From Bacillota bacterium (lineage in GTDB: Bacteria > Bacillota > Clostridia > Acetivibrionales > JANLFN01): a stretch of DNA of 64,000 nt. Made by a program: the position numbers and the translations under genes. The stretch spans positions 464,037-528,036 of the forward strand of contig JAEZTC010000013.1 of assembly GCA_023421675.1 (NCBI GenBank), in the 5' to 3' direction. Below, one piece after another: positions 37,537 to 46,174 of this stretch; positions within the stretch are counted from its first letter, which is position 1; each line of letters opens with the position of its first letter. A model generated the notes under the pieces. It ran no database searches, was not told where the DNA came from, and saw only the letters and a program-made list of their open reading frames with translations.

Positions 37537-38313
37537 TTAGTATGTGAACACCATGTTTCCCACTCTCAAAGCTATAGGTTTTGACCATATCCACTTATTT
37601 GTGGTACTGTCGTCAAAGTAGTAGACTGCACCCTTTGTTGGGTCAGCACCATGAAGCGCTTCATATGCGGCGTTTTTTGCAGCTTGCGTAGCGGGCTTGT
37701 TTATCATCCCGTTTTCAACAGGTGTAAACTGGTAGTAACCACCGTCAATCTGATAGATTACTCCGCTTAAGGTATTAGGCCAACGTGAGTCCTGAACCCT
37801 GTTAATTATAGTTGCACCCACCGCTACCTGAGCACTATAGGGCTGTCCGTCCGCTTCTGCGGTAATAATCCTTGCCAAAAGATCCAAGTCGCTGGCAGTA
37901 TAAGGTATTACTGGTTGATTAGCTGTTCCGGTTTGACCACTCATTGGTGAAACCGGTATTATCAACTTTTGTCCTACATAAATCGAATCGTTCCATTTAT
38001 TATTAGCATTTCTTAATGAGTAAAGTGATATCCCGTTATTTACAGCGATTTTATAAAGGGTATCTCCCGACTTTACTGTATACACTTTTCCTGGTACGTT
38101 TATAACCTGACCAGGGTAAATTGCAGACCCCGTAAGGTTGTTAGTCTGTTGAAGGACACTTACGGTTGTATTGAACTTTGCACCGATAGTGTAAAGAGAA
38201 TCACCCTTTACTACTGTGTATCCTGCAGCAAACACGGATTGAGAAAAAATTATTACTGTTAAAGGCAAAGCAAATAAAAAGGCTTTTGCCTTCCTTGAAT
38301 TAAACTTAAACAT
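37537..38313 (-). CDS. Cell-wall hydrolase, two LysM domains + SleB/CwlJ-type (Hydrolase_2) catalytic domain
   Basis: Signal peptide present. Two LysM repeats (YTVVKGDSLYTIG..., YTVKSGDTLYKIA...). The C-terminal LARIITAEADGQPYSAQVAVGATIINRV...YQF matches the SleB family. Confidence 0.88.
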   Translation of the reverse strand: MFKFNSRKAKAFLFALPLTVIIFSQSVFAAGYTVVKGDSLYTIGAKFNTTVSVLQQTNNLTGSAIYPGQVINVPGKVYTVKSGDTLYKIAVNNGISLYSLRNANNKWNDSIYVGQKLIIPVSPMSGQTGTANQPVIPYTASDLDLLARIITAEADGQPYSAQVAVGATIINRVQDSRWPNTLSGVIYQIDGGYYQFTPVENGMINKPATQAAKNAAYEALHGADPTKGAVYYFDDSTTNKWIWSKPIALRVGNMVFTY

Positions 38314-38324
38314 ATTAAATTCCC

Positions 38325-38440
38325 CCTTTTTGCCTCCGAGGTTAGTTGACGGGTTCGGGCCGGGAAGCCCTACTTCATAAGAAGATTTACCCCAATTGCT
38401 TTAGTCCCCCGTACTCCGTGAGGAGATTCGGCTTTGTTTT
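38325..38440 (-). promoter_or_regulatory. c-di-AMP riboswitch (ydaO-yuaA class), copy 1, leader of the SleB-like hydrolase
   Basis: The minus-strand RNA reads GCCGAAUCUCCUCACGGAGUACGGGGGACUAA...UUGGGGUAAAUCUUCUUAUGAAGUAGGG...CCCGAACCCGUCAACUAACCUCGGAGGC. This matches the conserved ydaO blocks as I remember them from B. subtilis (ACGGGGGACCCA, UUGGGGUGAAUC..GGUAGGG, CCCGAACCCGUCAGCUAACCUCGUAAGC). Confidence 0.88.
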
Positions 38441-38687
38441 ATGTAAACCATGTTAACATGACCTTGATGTGTATTCCAATACAATATTTATGGATATAAA
38501 GTCACTTTTTAACTTTTAAGTATATAAAATAAAACCACAATAATTTTATTTTATCAAAAATATGTAAACTAATTGTCGAAATTTAATCTTATGTGTTATA
38601 ATTAGATAAATTGTATACTTAAGGTAACCTGGAATTCCGTTGTTAGATTTACAGCTTTGCAATCTACATTTTGAATGGAGTACTGGC

Positions 38688-40196
38688 ATGCGAAGGCTTT
38701 ATGATAACTATCTGAAGTACTACCTTAATAACCCGGAAAAACCTCATTTGAGGATTAGGTTTATTATCTTACTTATATTTATAGCACTTACCATTACATT
38801 TCAACTTATTGTATCCAAAGATTTTACTCTATCTATTATCTTAGAAGAGCTTCTTATTATAACAGTATTCTTATGCAGTTACTTTTATGGATACCTGGGT
38901 ATAATAGCTGCGATTCCTGCTATTATCTTTGAAATGGTATTTAACCTGGTGGGTTGGGTTAGCAAGGATAGTATGTATGATGTTTCACAGCTGGTACTGG
39001 ATGTAAATATAATTATTATTTCAGGTTTTATTGCTCAGCTTGTTGAAAGAGAAAGAATAAAGCAAATGAAGCTTGAAAGGCTTGCTATTATTGATCCCAT
39101 AACAGAGGTTTATAATAATAAATATTTTCTTTCAAGGCTTGAAGAAGAGATTGCACGTGCAACAAGAAATGAAAAATCTGTAGGCCTTATAATGGCTGAT
39201 ATTGATAATTTTAATAAATTTATAGATCTTAACGGACATGGTCAGGGTGACATACTTTTGAAAAAGACTGCACAAGTTCTCGAGCAGTATACTAGGTGTC
39301 ATGACATTGTTTGCAGATATAGTGATGACCAATTTGCAGTAATACTTCCTGATATTGAAGCGGCTGAAATGGATGCAGTCATAGGCAGAATGAGAACAAT
39401 ATATATGCAGACCACGCAGGAGGGGTGCAGCTCATATGATGGCAAAATGACAATGTCAATGGGCTTTTCTTTGTACCCTGAACTTGCTAAAAACACCGAT
39501 GAGTTGATTACCCAGGCTGATACCGCACTTTACCATGCTAAAAACCGAGGAAGAGACAAAGTTCAAATATACAAGGACGTTTTTGATGAAATTAGACACA
39601 GCTTCGGAACAAATGAACAACAACTCTTATCAAGCCTCAAGATTCTTCTTGGCACAATTTCAGGCAAGGATAAATATACTTTCGGTCATTCTGAAAGAGT
39701 AATGAGCTACTCTGTCCAAATTGCTAATGCAATGGGTCTGGAAACCGGCAAAATTAAAATTCTTAAAATAGCAGCACTCCTTCATGATATAGGAAAGGTC
39801 GAGATTGCTGAATCTATTCTCAACAAACGTGAAAAATTGAATGATTATGAATTTGCAGTCCTTCGCAGACACCCGGTTTATAGTGCAAATATGCTGGAAT
39901 CATTGTCCTATATCGATGGGCTTGTTGAGATAGTTCGCGCACACCATGAAAGATACGATGGAGAAGGTTACCCTGACAGGCTTGCAGGAACAAACATTCC
40001 GCTTGAATCCAGAATACTCGCTGTAGCTGACTCTTATGATGCAATGCTTTCTAACCGTCCATACAGGAAAGGTCTTGGTATTGAAGGAGCAAAGCAGGAA
40101 CTTAGGAATTGTTCCGGAACCCAATTTGATTCTGTTATTGTAGAAGCATTTCTTAAAGAACTTGAAGTTCAGGAAGAAAGTAAAAATACTGCTTAA
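38688..40196 (+). CDS. Membrane protein with degenerate GGDEF domain and HD-GYP phosphodiesterase domain
   Basis: The ORF opens at TTG 38640, but ATG 38688 follows GGAG. The N-terminus has multiple TM segments. The GGDEF position reads SDDQF, with RCHD (an RxxD I-site) five residues upstream. HD-GYP is intact (HDIGK, HHERYDGEGYP). Confidence 0.85.
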   Translation: MRRLYDNYLKYYLNNPEKPHLRIRFIILLIFIALTITFQLIVSKDFTLSIILEELLIITVFLCSYFYGYLGIIAAIPAIIFEMVFNLVGWVSKDSMYDVSQLVLDVNIIIISGFIAQLVERERIKQMKLERLAIIDPITEVYNNKYFLSRLEEEIARATRNEKSVGLIMADIDNFNKFIDLNGHGQGDILLKKTAQVLEQYTRCHDIVCRYSDDQFAVILPDIEAAEMDAVIGRMRTIYMQTTQEGCSSYDGKMTMSMGFSLYPELAKNTDELITQADTALYHAKNRGRDKVQIYKDVFDEIRHSFGTNEQQLLSSLKILLGTISGKDKYTFGHSERVMSYSVQIANAMGLETGKIKILKIAALLHDIGKVEIAESILNKREKLNDYEFAVLRRHPVYSANMLESLSYIDGLVEIVRAHHERYDGEGYPDRLAGTNIPLESRILAVADSYDAMLSNRPYRKGLGIEGAKQELRNCSGTQFDSVIVEAFLKELEVQEESKNTA

Positions 40197-40198
40197 AC

Positions 40199-40951
40199 TT
40201 AAGGTTTTTGCCAACTGGTTTTTGCGATTGCAAGTTCAGTTTTACTGTCATTGTCAAGGATTGCATGTGTAAGTTCTGCTTCAGTGTTTTTTTCAGACAA
40301 AATGGAATATCCTGAACAAATTGAACCACCATACATGGTTTCTTTTTTATAGACAATTTCGAGTGATTTTAAACGGTAATTGTCATATATCCGGGCAGGG
40401 ATAGCTTCAAGTAACCATTCCAGATATTTTGTGTTGTTAACATGGTTATTGGTATCAATATCACTTCTTCTTACACCAAACACTGAAGAATCGTTACTGA
40501 TTGCTGGAATATCTAATTCAGAAAAAGGGTTTTCTATTGATTTGATATTTTCTTCCAAACCATAGGTTAAGCTGTACTCACTTGGAATACGTATCGGCCT
40601 TCTTTTGGCTATATCAATATAAATCCATTGTGAGGATGCTTTAACAATTACTTCACCATTTGAATTTTTTATGAGGAAATCTCTCCAGGCATAGAAACGT
40701 TCCATTCGCCAGGGCCAGGTTTCTATAGTAATTCTTTCATTAATTATAGGATACTTATCTATAATAAGTGACCAGCGAGATAATACCCAGCAGGTTCCAA
40801 CTGACAATAGTTCACTAATCCCAAGGCCTACAGAAGCAGAATGGGAGATGGCAGTATCCTGTAGATAATTTAAAATTGATGGTATAGTTGCATATTGAGA
40901 ACTGTCAACTTCATAGTAATGTATATTAAATTCTTTCGAAAATCTTTTCAT
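40199..40951 (-). CDS. Acyl-ACP thioesterase
   Basis: A 250-aa ORF with double hotdog-type sequence (YYEVD..., NNHVNNTKYLEWLLE) typical of the bacterial FatA/B-like acyl-ACP thioesterase family. Confidence 0.8.
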   Translation of the reverse strand: MKRFSKEFNIHYYEVDSSQYATIPSILNYLQDTAISHSASVGLGISELLSVGTCWVLSRWSLIIDKYPIINERITIETWPWRMERFYAWRDFLIKNSNGEVIVKASSQWIYIDIAKRRPIRIPSEYSLTYGLEENIKSIENPFSELDIPAISNDSSVFGVRRSDIDTNNHVNNTKYLEWLLEAIPARIYDNYRLKSLEIVYKKETMYGGSICSGYSILSEKNTEAELTHAILDNDSKTELAIAKTSWQKP

Positions 40952-41083
40952 TATTTCCTCCCAGAAATGGAATAATATAATTATACATTTTTAAAAATAA
41001 AAAACAATATCAGTAGCTGGACAAATATAATGCTAAGTATTAAGATTACTTATATTAAATTTAATCATTAAAGGGGTTTTTTA

Positions 41084-41515
41084 ATGTTTCTCTATTATGC
41101 ATCCATAACGATTGCTATAGCATCAAATCTTTTCTATTATATAATACAAAAATCAACACCTGAAAATGCGAACCCAATACTGTCACTGGCTGTGACCTAT
41201 TTTACTGCAATGGTTACTTGTATAGTTGTTTTCCCTTTTTACCCAAACAATGGGCAAACTATAGGGGAATCCTTGAAGAAATTGAATTGGACAAGTATAA
41301 CTCTTGGGGTAGCAATAGTCGGTTTAGAAATGGGATTTCTGCTTGCGTTCAGGTCTGGATGGAATCTAAGTACCGCAGGGATTTTTGCAAATGTTGTAGT
41401 TGCAATAATACTTATACCTGTTGGACTCATGTTTTTTAAAGAAACCCTAAGACCAATAAATTTTGCAGGAATTATATTATGTATAACGGGATTAATTTTA
41501 ATGACAAAAAAATAA
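41084..41515 (+). CDS. Small DMT/EamA-like membrane transporter (half-size, 4-5 TM)
   Basis: A 143-aa hydrophobic ORF whose C-terminal NFAGIILCITGLILM resembles an EamA domain end. Confidence 0.5.
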   Translation: MFLYYASITIAIASNLFYYIIQKSTPENANPILSLAVTYFTAMVTCIVVFPFYPNNGQTIGESLKKLNWTSITLGVAIVGLEMGFLLAFRSGWNLSTAGIFANVVVAIILIPVGLMFFKETLRPINFAGIILCITGLILMTKK

Positions 41516-41540
41516 AAGCCTCCAGGGGCTATTTTTTTTG
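41514..41540 (+). terminator. Weak hairpin followed by a T8 run
   Basis: Sequence agcctc-ca-ggggct followed by tttttttt. Confidence 0.45.
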
Positions 41541-41663
41541 TCATTATATAGCCAAAAAATAAAAGAAAAATAAAAAATATGTAGAAATAGATAAAAATGT
41601 TAATAAAACTATTGTAAAATATAGTAATTATATGTATAATAATAGCAAAAAGGGAGGTCGGTT

Positions 41664-41900
41664 ATGAACGAATTGAAATTTGAAATCAAGAAAAATATTT
41701 CAGTATTGAGCGAAAGTACAAAAGGTTGGAAAAGGGAAGTCAATGTTATAAGTTGGAATGAAAGAAAGCCAAAGCTAGATATAAGAGACTGGGATGAGGA
41801 ACATAAAATGATGGGAAAGGGAATTACCCTTAGCAGGGAGGAGGTATCAGAGCTTAAAAAAATTTTACTGGAAAGTGATATTGAAAAGCTTCTTGTCTAG
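41664..41900 (+). CDS. YdbC-family / PC4-like small nucleic-acid-binding protein
   Basis: A 78-aa ORF. The pattern LSESTKGWKREVNVISWNERKPKLDIRDWDEEHKMMGKGITLSREE matches my memory of the YdbC (PC4-like ssDNA-binding) family. A strong RBS (agggagg) is present. Confidence 0.65.
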   Translation: MNELKFEIKKNISVLSESTKGWKREVNVISWNERKPKLDIRDWDEEHKMMGKGITLSREEVSELKKILLESDIEKLLV

Positions 41901-41945
41901 ACTTAATGGAAACTATATTTTCAAGTTATAACAGGAGGGTAGTAA

Positions 41946-42272
41946 ATGATAAACAAATACCTATTTAAGAAAATTAATATGACAGCTGCAGGAATGAGCG
42001 AGAATGAGCAAACTATTGAACTGGAATATTATCTTATTGAAAGTGAAATCGATTACACGCCGGAGCTTTCCGGAAAAAAGGTATATGGAATCGGTATTAC
42101 AAAAAACCTTGGCAATGGATGCTTTGAAGAAGCAGTCGTAAGAAATTATTCCTGTTCAAAATCAAGCGCGAATACTGTTTTAAGCGTCATATCAAACAAT
42201 GAAGTAACTCCAACTGGGTTGACCTATGTACTTGAGGATATAGTTTCCACAGGCCTGGAACAAAGTCTTTGA
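41946..42272 (+). CDS. Hypothetical protein
   Basis: A 108-aa ORF with RBS aggaggg. No family was recognised. Confidence 0.45.
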   Translation: MINKYLFKKINMTAAGMSENEQTIELEYYLIESEIDYTPELSGKKVYGIGITKNLGNGCFEEAVVRNYSCSKSSANTVLSVISNNEVTPTGLTYVLEDIVSTGLEQSL

Positions 42273-42307
42273 GAAAGACTACACTTAATTTCCTAATCAT
42301 TATAATA

Positions 42308-42336
42308 AAAAAAGGCCCCTGGTCATAGGGGCCTGA
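42308..42336 (-). terminator. Rho-independent terminator of the NlpC/P60 gene (may also stop plus-strand transcription)
   Basis: Hairpin aggcccct-ggtcat-aggggcct. A T8 run follows on the minus strand. Confidence 0.8.
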
Positions 42337-42344
42337 AAAATTTA

Positions 42345-43295
42345 TTATTGAATTATTCTTCTTGCAGCCATGTAATTAGTAGCATAGAAACCGGTTGTAA
42401 TATCTGTAATCCTGACATCTTTACCGGGAGAGGGTGCGTGTATCATTTTGCCTCCTCCTATGTATATCCCAACATGTGATATGTTGCTATGGCCTCCATC
42501 GGTATCAAAGAATACCAAGTCTCCGGGCTTAAGATCACCTTTGCCTATAGCAGTACCTTGTCTTGCCTGATCAGCTGCTACACGCTTCAAGGTATATCCA
42601 TAATTCTTGAAGACATAATATACAAGTCCTGAACAGTCAAATCCATTTGGTGTAGCTCCTCCCCAAACATAAGGGACACCTAGAAATCTTTTGGAGAATT
42701 CAACAATTTTTGATGCAGTCGAAATATCATCCCCTGATCTTGATGTTCCTGTTGCTGAGACAGAAGCAGATGCCGGCTTTGTTGAAATAGCTGTTGCCGG
42801 ACCGATATACTTATTGTACACCCATCCGGTTCTGCCTTCCGCAGTTTTAATCCTTGACCAATCTCCGGAAACGCTTAGAACAGTGACTATCTGACCTTTT
42901 GTAATAAGTCCTGTACTGCTGTGAGCTGTCCCTGGACCGCTCCTTAGATTTAAAGAGGACGCGGTGATTGTACCACTTTTGTTGACCTGCACATTTTTTT
43001 CTTGAACTGTGCTTGATGGAGTTGCCTTGGTTATGTAAGAATTATAAACCCAGGCAGTGTTGCCAGTTGCAGTTTTTACCCTTGCCCAGTTACCTGAGGT
43101 ATTTAAAATATCAAGAGCTTGACCTTTTGTAAGCATTCCTAATATTTTGTAATTAGTACCCGGCCCGCTGCGTAGGGCTAAAGATGATACATTGACCGTA
43201 CCCCTTTGCAATTCTGCAGCTGCAATTACAGAAAATAAGCAAAGAAGCAGGGCTACTACTGCTGAAGACAGCAGTAGTTTTGAAACCTTATTCAT
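42345..43295 (-). CDS. Secreted peptidoglycan endopeptidase, two SH3b domains + NlpC/P60 domain
   Basis: Signal peptide present. Two SH3_3-like repeats (LRSGPGT...GWVY). The NlpC/P60 core is VWGGATPNGFDCSGLVYYVF...HVGIYIGGGKMIHA. Confidence 0.9.
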   Translation of the reverse strand: MNKVSKLLLSSAVVALLLCLFSVIAAAELQRGTVNVSSLALRSGPGTNYKILGMLTKGQALDILNTSGNWARVKTATGNTAWVYNSYITKATPSSTVQEKNVQVNKSGTITASSLNLRSGPGTAHSSTGLITKGQIVTVLSVSGDWSRIKTAEGRTGWVYNKYIGPATAISTKPASASVSATGTSRSGDDISTASKIVEFSKRFLGVPYVWGGATPNGFDCSGLVYYVFKNYGYTLKRVAADQARQGTAIGKGDLKPGDLVFFDTDGGHSNISHVGIYIGGGKMIHAPSPGKDVRITDITTGFYATNYMAARRIIQ

Positions 43296-43309
43296 TTTTT
43301 GACCTCCTA

Positions 43310-43436
43310 TTTTTGGCTTCCGAAGTTAGCTGACGGGTTTGGGTAATAGGATCACCCCTACCGGTACATTGTACCGGACTAACCCCAAAATAATTGGTTC
43401 CTCCGTACTCTATCAAATAGAGATTCAGCCTGTATA
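43310..43436 (-). promoter_or_regulatory. c-di-AMP riboswitch (ydaO-yuaA class), copy 2, leader of the NlpC/P60 hydrolase
   Basis: The minus-strand RNA reads GGCUGAAUCUCUAUUUGAUAGAGUACGGAGGAACCAA...UUGGGGUUAGUCCGGUACAAUGUACCGGUAGGGG...CCCAAACCCGUCAGCUAACUUCGGAAGCC. It has the same conserved blocks as copy 1, and P1 (GGCU/AGCC) closes the fold. Confidence 0.88.
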
Positions 43437-43578
43437 TTTGTTGATTATAACTTTGTGAACTAATTATGTCAACTAGGCAAATAGCCCATTATATGGCCTC
43501 TCAGCCCTATAGAGGAAATAGAGGTAAATACGTCTAATATATAATTACATTGATTTATTTTTTAATTTATAAAAAACC

Positions 43579-43609
43579 TTGACTGATCCCTTGGGGAGTG
43601 ATGTAAATT
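43579..43609 (+). promoter_or_regulatory. Candidate MerR-type promoter with a 19-nt spacer (TTGACT-19-TAAATT)
   Basis: Read directly: the -35 is TTGACT at 43579-43584 and the -10-like TAAATT is at 43604-43609. It lies 20 nt upstream of the GTG start of the MerR gene. Confidence 0.35.
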
Positions 43610-43628
43610 TTTATTGAGGTGATAAAAC

Positions 43629-44570
43629 GTGAAGATTAGTGAAGTAATGGGTATTACAGGTTTGACAAAAAAAGCAATAAACTATTACGAAGAGGAAGGC
43701 CTTCTTTCACCACCGGTAAATAGTGAAAACAATTACCGCGATTATTCTGTGGAAGATGTTAACAGGCTCATTCAGATTTCTATTTTAAGACAGCTTGATT
43801 TTCCTGTAAAGGAAATCAAAGAGGTTATATGCAAACCTGGTGTTTTGATAAAAAGCCTGGAAGAGCATGTAAAAAAACTTGATAATGACATCAGCAGACT
43901 TAATAAATGTAGGAATATTATTGATGCCTGTGTATCTGAAATTCAAGTCGATACTTGTACCCTTACTAGTGTTACAAAAAAGCTATCCATTTTGAATGAT
44001 GCATTAAAGATGGATGACAGAAATAAATTGGGTTATATGAAAAAGCAATTATTAAGGATTTTTCCCGGAAATTTCGGAAGGGTCATGATTATGTTTTATG
44101 GAAGTTTTTTGAATGAACCCATTGATACACCTGAGAAGGAGGATGCATGGCTCTCTTTGGTTAATCTGCTGGATAAAGCAGAACCAATTGTTTTGACTGA
44201 TGATATGGCTGCTATGTATGATGATATGTCAGAGGAGGATCTAGTTAAAAGCTCATCTGGAGTTTCTGAATATATAGATAAAATGGTTGCTTTATCGGAT
44301 GAGTTTAAAGAAGAGATAAGAAATTCATACAATGAAGTTGTTAAAAAGGTTGAAATGGACGAAGATGCAAAAGAAAGATTATTAAAAGTTAAAGCATTTA
44401 AAAAGTCATTTAATGAGCAAATGAATAAAGTTAACTTTGATGAAAGGTTTGATAAGTGTTTAAGAATACTTAGTAATGACTATTGCACATATGTTAATAA
44501 CATGAATGAAATTACCAAATCTATTAAATTCACAGTTGATGACAACGGTAATATAGAGGAAATCAAATGA
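43629..44570 (+). CDS. MerR-family transcriptional regulator with long C-terminal effector domain
   Basis: The N-terminal MerR HTH is ISEVMGITGLTKKAINYYEEEGLL...YRDYS. A helical domain of about 240 aa follows. GTG start after gaggtga. Confidence 0.85.
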   Translation: MKISEVMGITGLTKKAINYYEEEGLLSPPVNSENNYRDYSVEDVNRLIQISILRQLDFPVKEIKEVICKPGVLIKSLEEHVKKLDNDISRLNKCRNIIDACVSEIQVDTCTLTSVTKKLSILNDALKMDDRNKLGYMKKQLLRIFPGNFGRVMIMFYGSFLNEPIDTPEKEDAWLSLVNLLDKAEPIVLTDDMAAMYDDMSEEDLVKSSSGVSEYIDKMVALSDEFKEEIRNSYNEVVKKVEMDEDAKERLLKVKAFKKSFNEQMNKVNFDERFDKCLRILSNDYCTYVNNMNEITKSIKFTVDDNGNIEEIK

Positions 44571-44579
44571 AAGCGAACT

Positions 44580-44602
44580 AAAGGCCCTGATGAAGGGCCT
44601 TT
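44580..44602. terminator. Bidirectional terminator between convergent genes
   Basis: Perfect hairpin aaaggccct-gatga-agggccttt. Confidence 0.7.
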
Positions 44603-44608
44603 AAATGC

Positions 44609-46159
44609 TTAATGAACTTTTTCCTCTATTTTAGTCTTTATTGTTTTTAGTGCCGGCCCTTCCACGATTTCTCCTTCATAGGTAAACCTTGAACCATGAC
44701 ATGGACAATCCCAACTCTTTTCTGCAGCATTCCACTCAAGCCCGCATCCCAGATGTGTACAGGAGGTATCTACAAAATGCAGCTGATTTGCTGCATCACA
44801 GTATACTCCAACTTTCTTTCCATCAACTTCGGCAATTTTTCCCTCTCCTGGCTTGATATCCTTCAAATAGTCTGCGGGTAGAATTTTTCCTCTTACAAAA
44901 TTAACTGCTACATCAGCATTCTCCTTAAGGAATTCCTTGGCAGAGGCTTCAACGGTTATTCTTGAGGGGCTATACACATCTTCCCATGGGCTTTTGCCCC
45001 TGGTTATAAGATCAGTTAATATCATAGCTGACGCATGGCTGCTTGTCATACCCCACTTCTGAAACCCTGTAGCCACATATATGTTAGGCGTTTGTGATGT
45101 AAGGTGCCCTATAAAAGGTATGCTGTCCATAGTCATACAATCCTGTGTTGACCAGCGATATAAGACTTCATCCACACCAAAGCTTCCTTTTGCTGAGTTT
45201 AGTACATTTAAATAATGTTGGTTTGTATTTTCTCCATGACCTGTTTTATGATGTTCTCCGCCTACTATAATCATTTCAGTATCCTTGTATGGTTGTGAAC
45301 GGAAAGAGACACCAGGGTCTTCAGCTGTTATATACATTCCGCCCGGGTACTTTTCATGCGGTATTATTCCTAATGCGTAGGAACGTTCAGGATAAATCCT
45401 TGTGAAATATAGGCCGCGCTTATCGTAGAATGGGTAATGAGACGCAATAACTACATTGGATGCAAATACCTTAAACCCGGAATCTGTAATCACTGTACAT
45501 GATTTACCTTCTTCAAGGTCCACTGCTCTGGTATTTTCATATATTTCACAGCCCATGTCTGTTATAATTCTTGCAAGGCTGAGAAGATACTTCCTTGGAT
45601 GGAATTGCGCCTGATTGTCAAATCTTACTGCTGCCTTAACCTTGAAGGGCATTGGCGTTTCTTCAATATAATGTGCATTAATACCTAGACTGGCAGCAGT
45701 TTTTGCTTCATTTTCGATTTTACTTATATACTTGTCCAAATGTGTGTAAACATATGCTGATTGCTGCTTGAAGTCACAATCTATATTGTTTTCTGAAACT
45801 ATTCTTGAAATCATTTTTATTGCATTTTCATTTGCATCTGCATATTGTTTTGCCATATCCAGACCTAAGCTATTTGCGGTTTTGTCATATATAAGGCCAT
45901 GCTGTGAGGTGATTTTAGCAGTTGTATGGGCTGAAGTTCCCTGCACAATTTTATCAGCTTCAAGTATAACCACTTCAAGACCTTCTTTAAGCAGCATATA
46001 TGCGGTAACAATTCCTGTCATTCCTCCGCCTACAATTACCACGTCCGTGCTGATATTTTCATTTAAACTTGGATAATTGGTTGTACCCGTTGAATCTACC
46101 CAATAGGGAAAAGGTGCACCTTTAAAGTATCTGCTCCATATAATTTCTTCTGATTGCAT
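44609..46159 (-). CDS. FAD-dependent oxidoreductase with C-terminal Rieske [2Fe-2S] domain (YhfW-like)
   Basis: N-terminal DVVIVGGGMTG dinucleotide fold. The C-terminal Rieske motifs are CTHLGC...CPCHGSRF. Confidence 0.85.
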   Translation of the reverse strand: MQSEEIIWSRYFKGAPFPYWVDSTGTTNYPSLNENISTDVVIVGGGMTGIVTAYMLLKEGLEVVILEADKIVQGTSAHTTAKITSQHGLIYDKTANSLGLDMAKQYADANENAIKMISRIVSENNIDCDFKQQSAYVYTHLDKYISKIENEAKTAASLGINAHYIEETPMPFKVKAAVRFDNQAQFHPRKYLLSLARIITDMGCEIYENTRAVDLEEGKSCTVITDSGFKVFASNVVIASHYPFYDKRGLYFTRIYPERSYALGIIPHEKYPGGMYITAEDPGVSFRSQPYKDTEMIIVGGEHHKTGHGENTNQHYLNVLNSAKGSFGVDEVLYRWSTQDCMTMDSIPFIGHLTSQTPNIYVATGFQKWGMTSSHASAMILTDLITRGKSPWEDVYSPSRITVEASAKEFLKENADVAVNFVRGKILPADYLKDIKPGEGKIAEVDGKKVGVYCDAANQLHFVDTSCTHLGCGLEWNAAEKSWDCPCHGSRFTYEGEIVEGPALKTIKTKIEEKVH

Positions 46160-46174
46160 TTTAATACCTCCTGA

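Noticed and set aside
37403-37594. A 63-aa minus-strand ORF overlapping the end of the SleB-like gene, its terminator and the 18-nt duplication.
   Set aside because: It runs through a terminator hairpin and a tandem repeat. It has no RBS and overlaps the better-supported hydrolase C-terminus.
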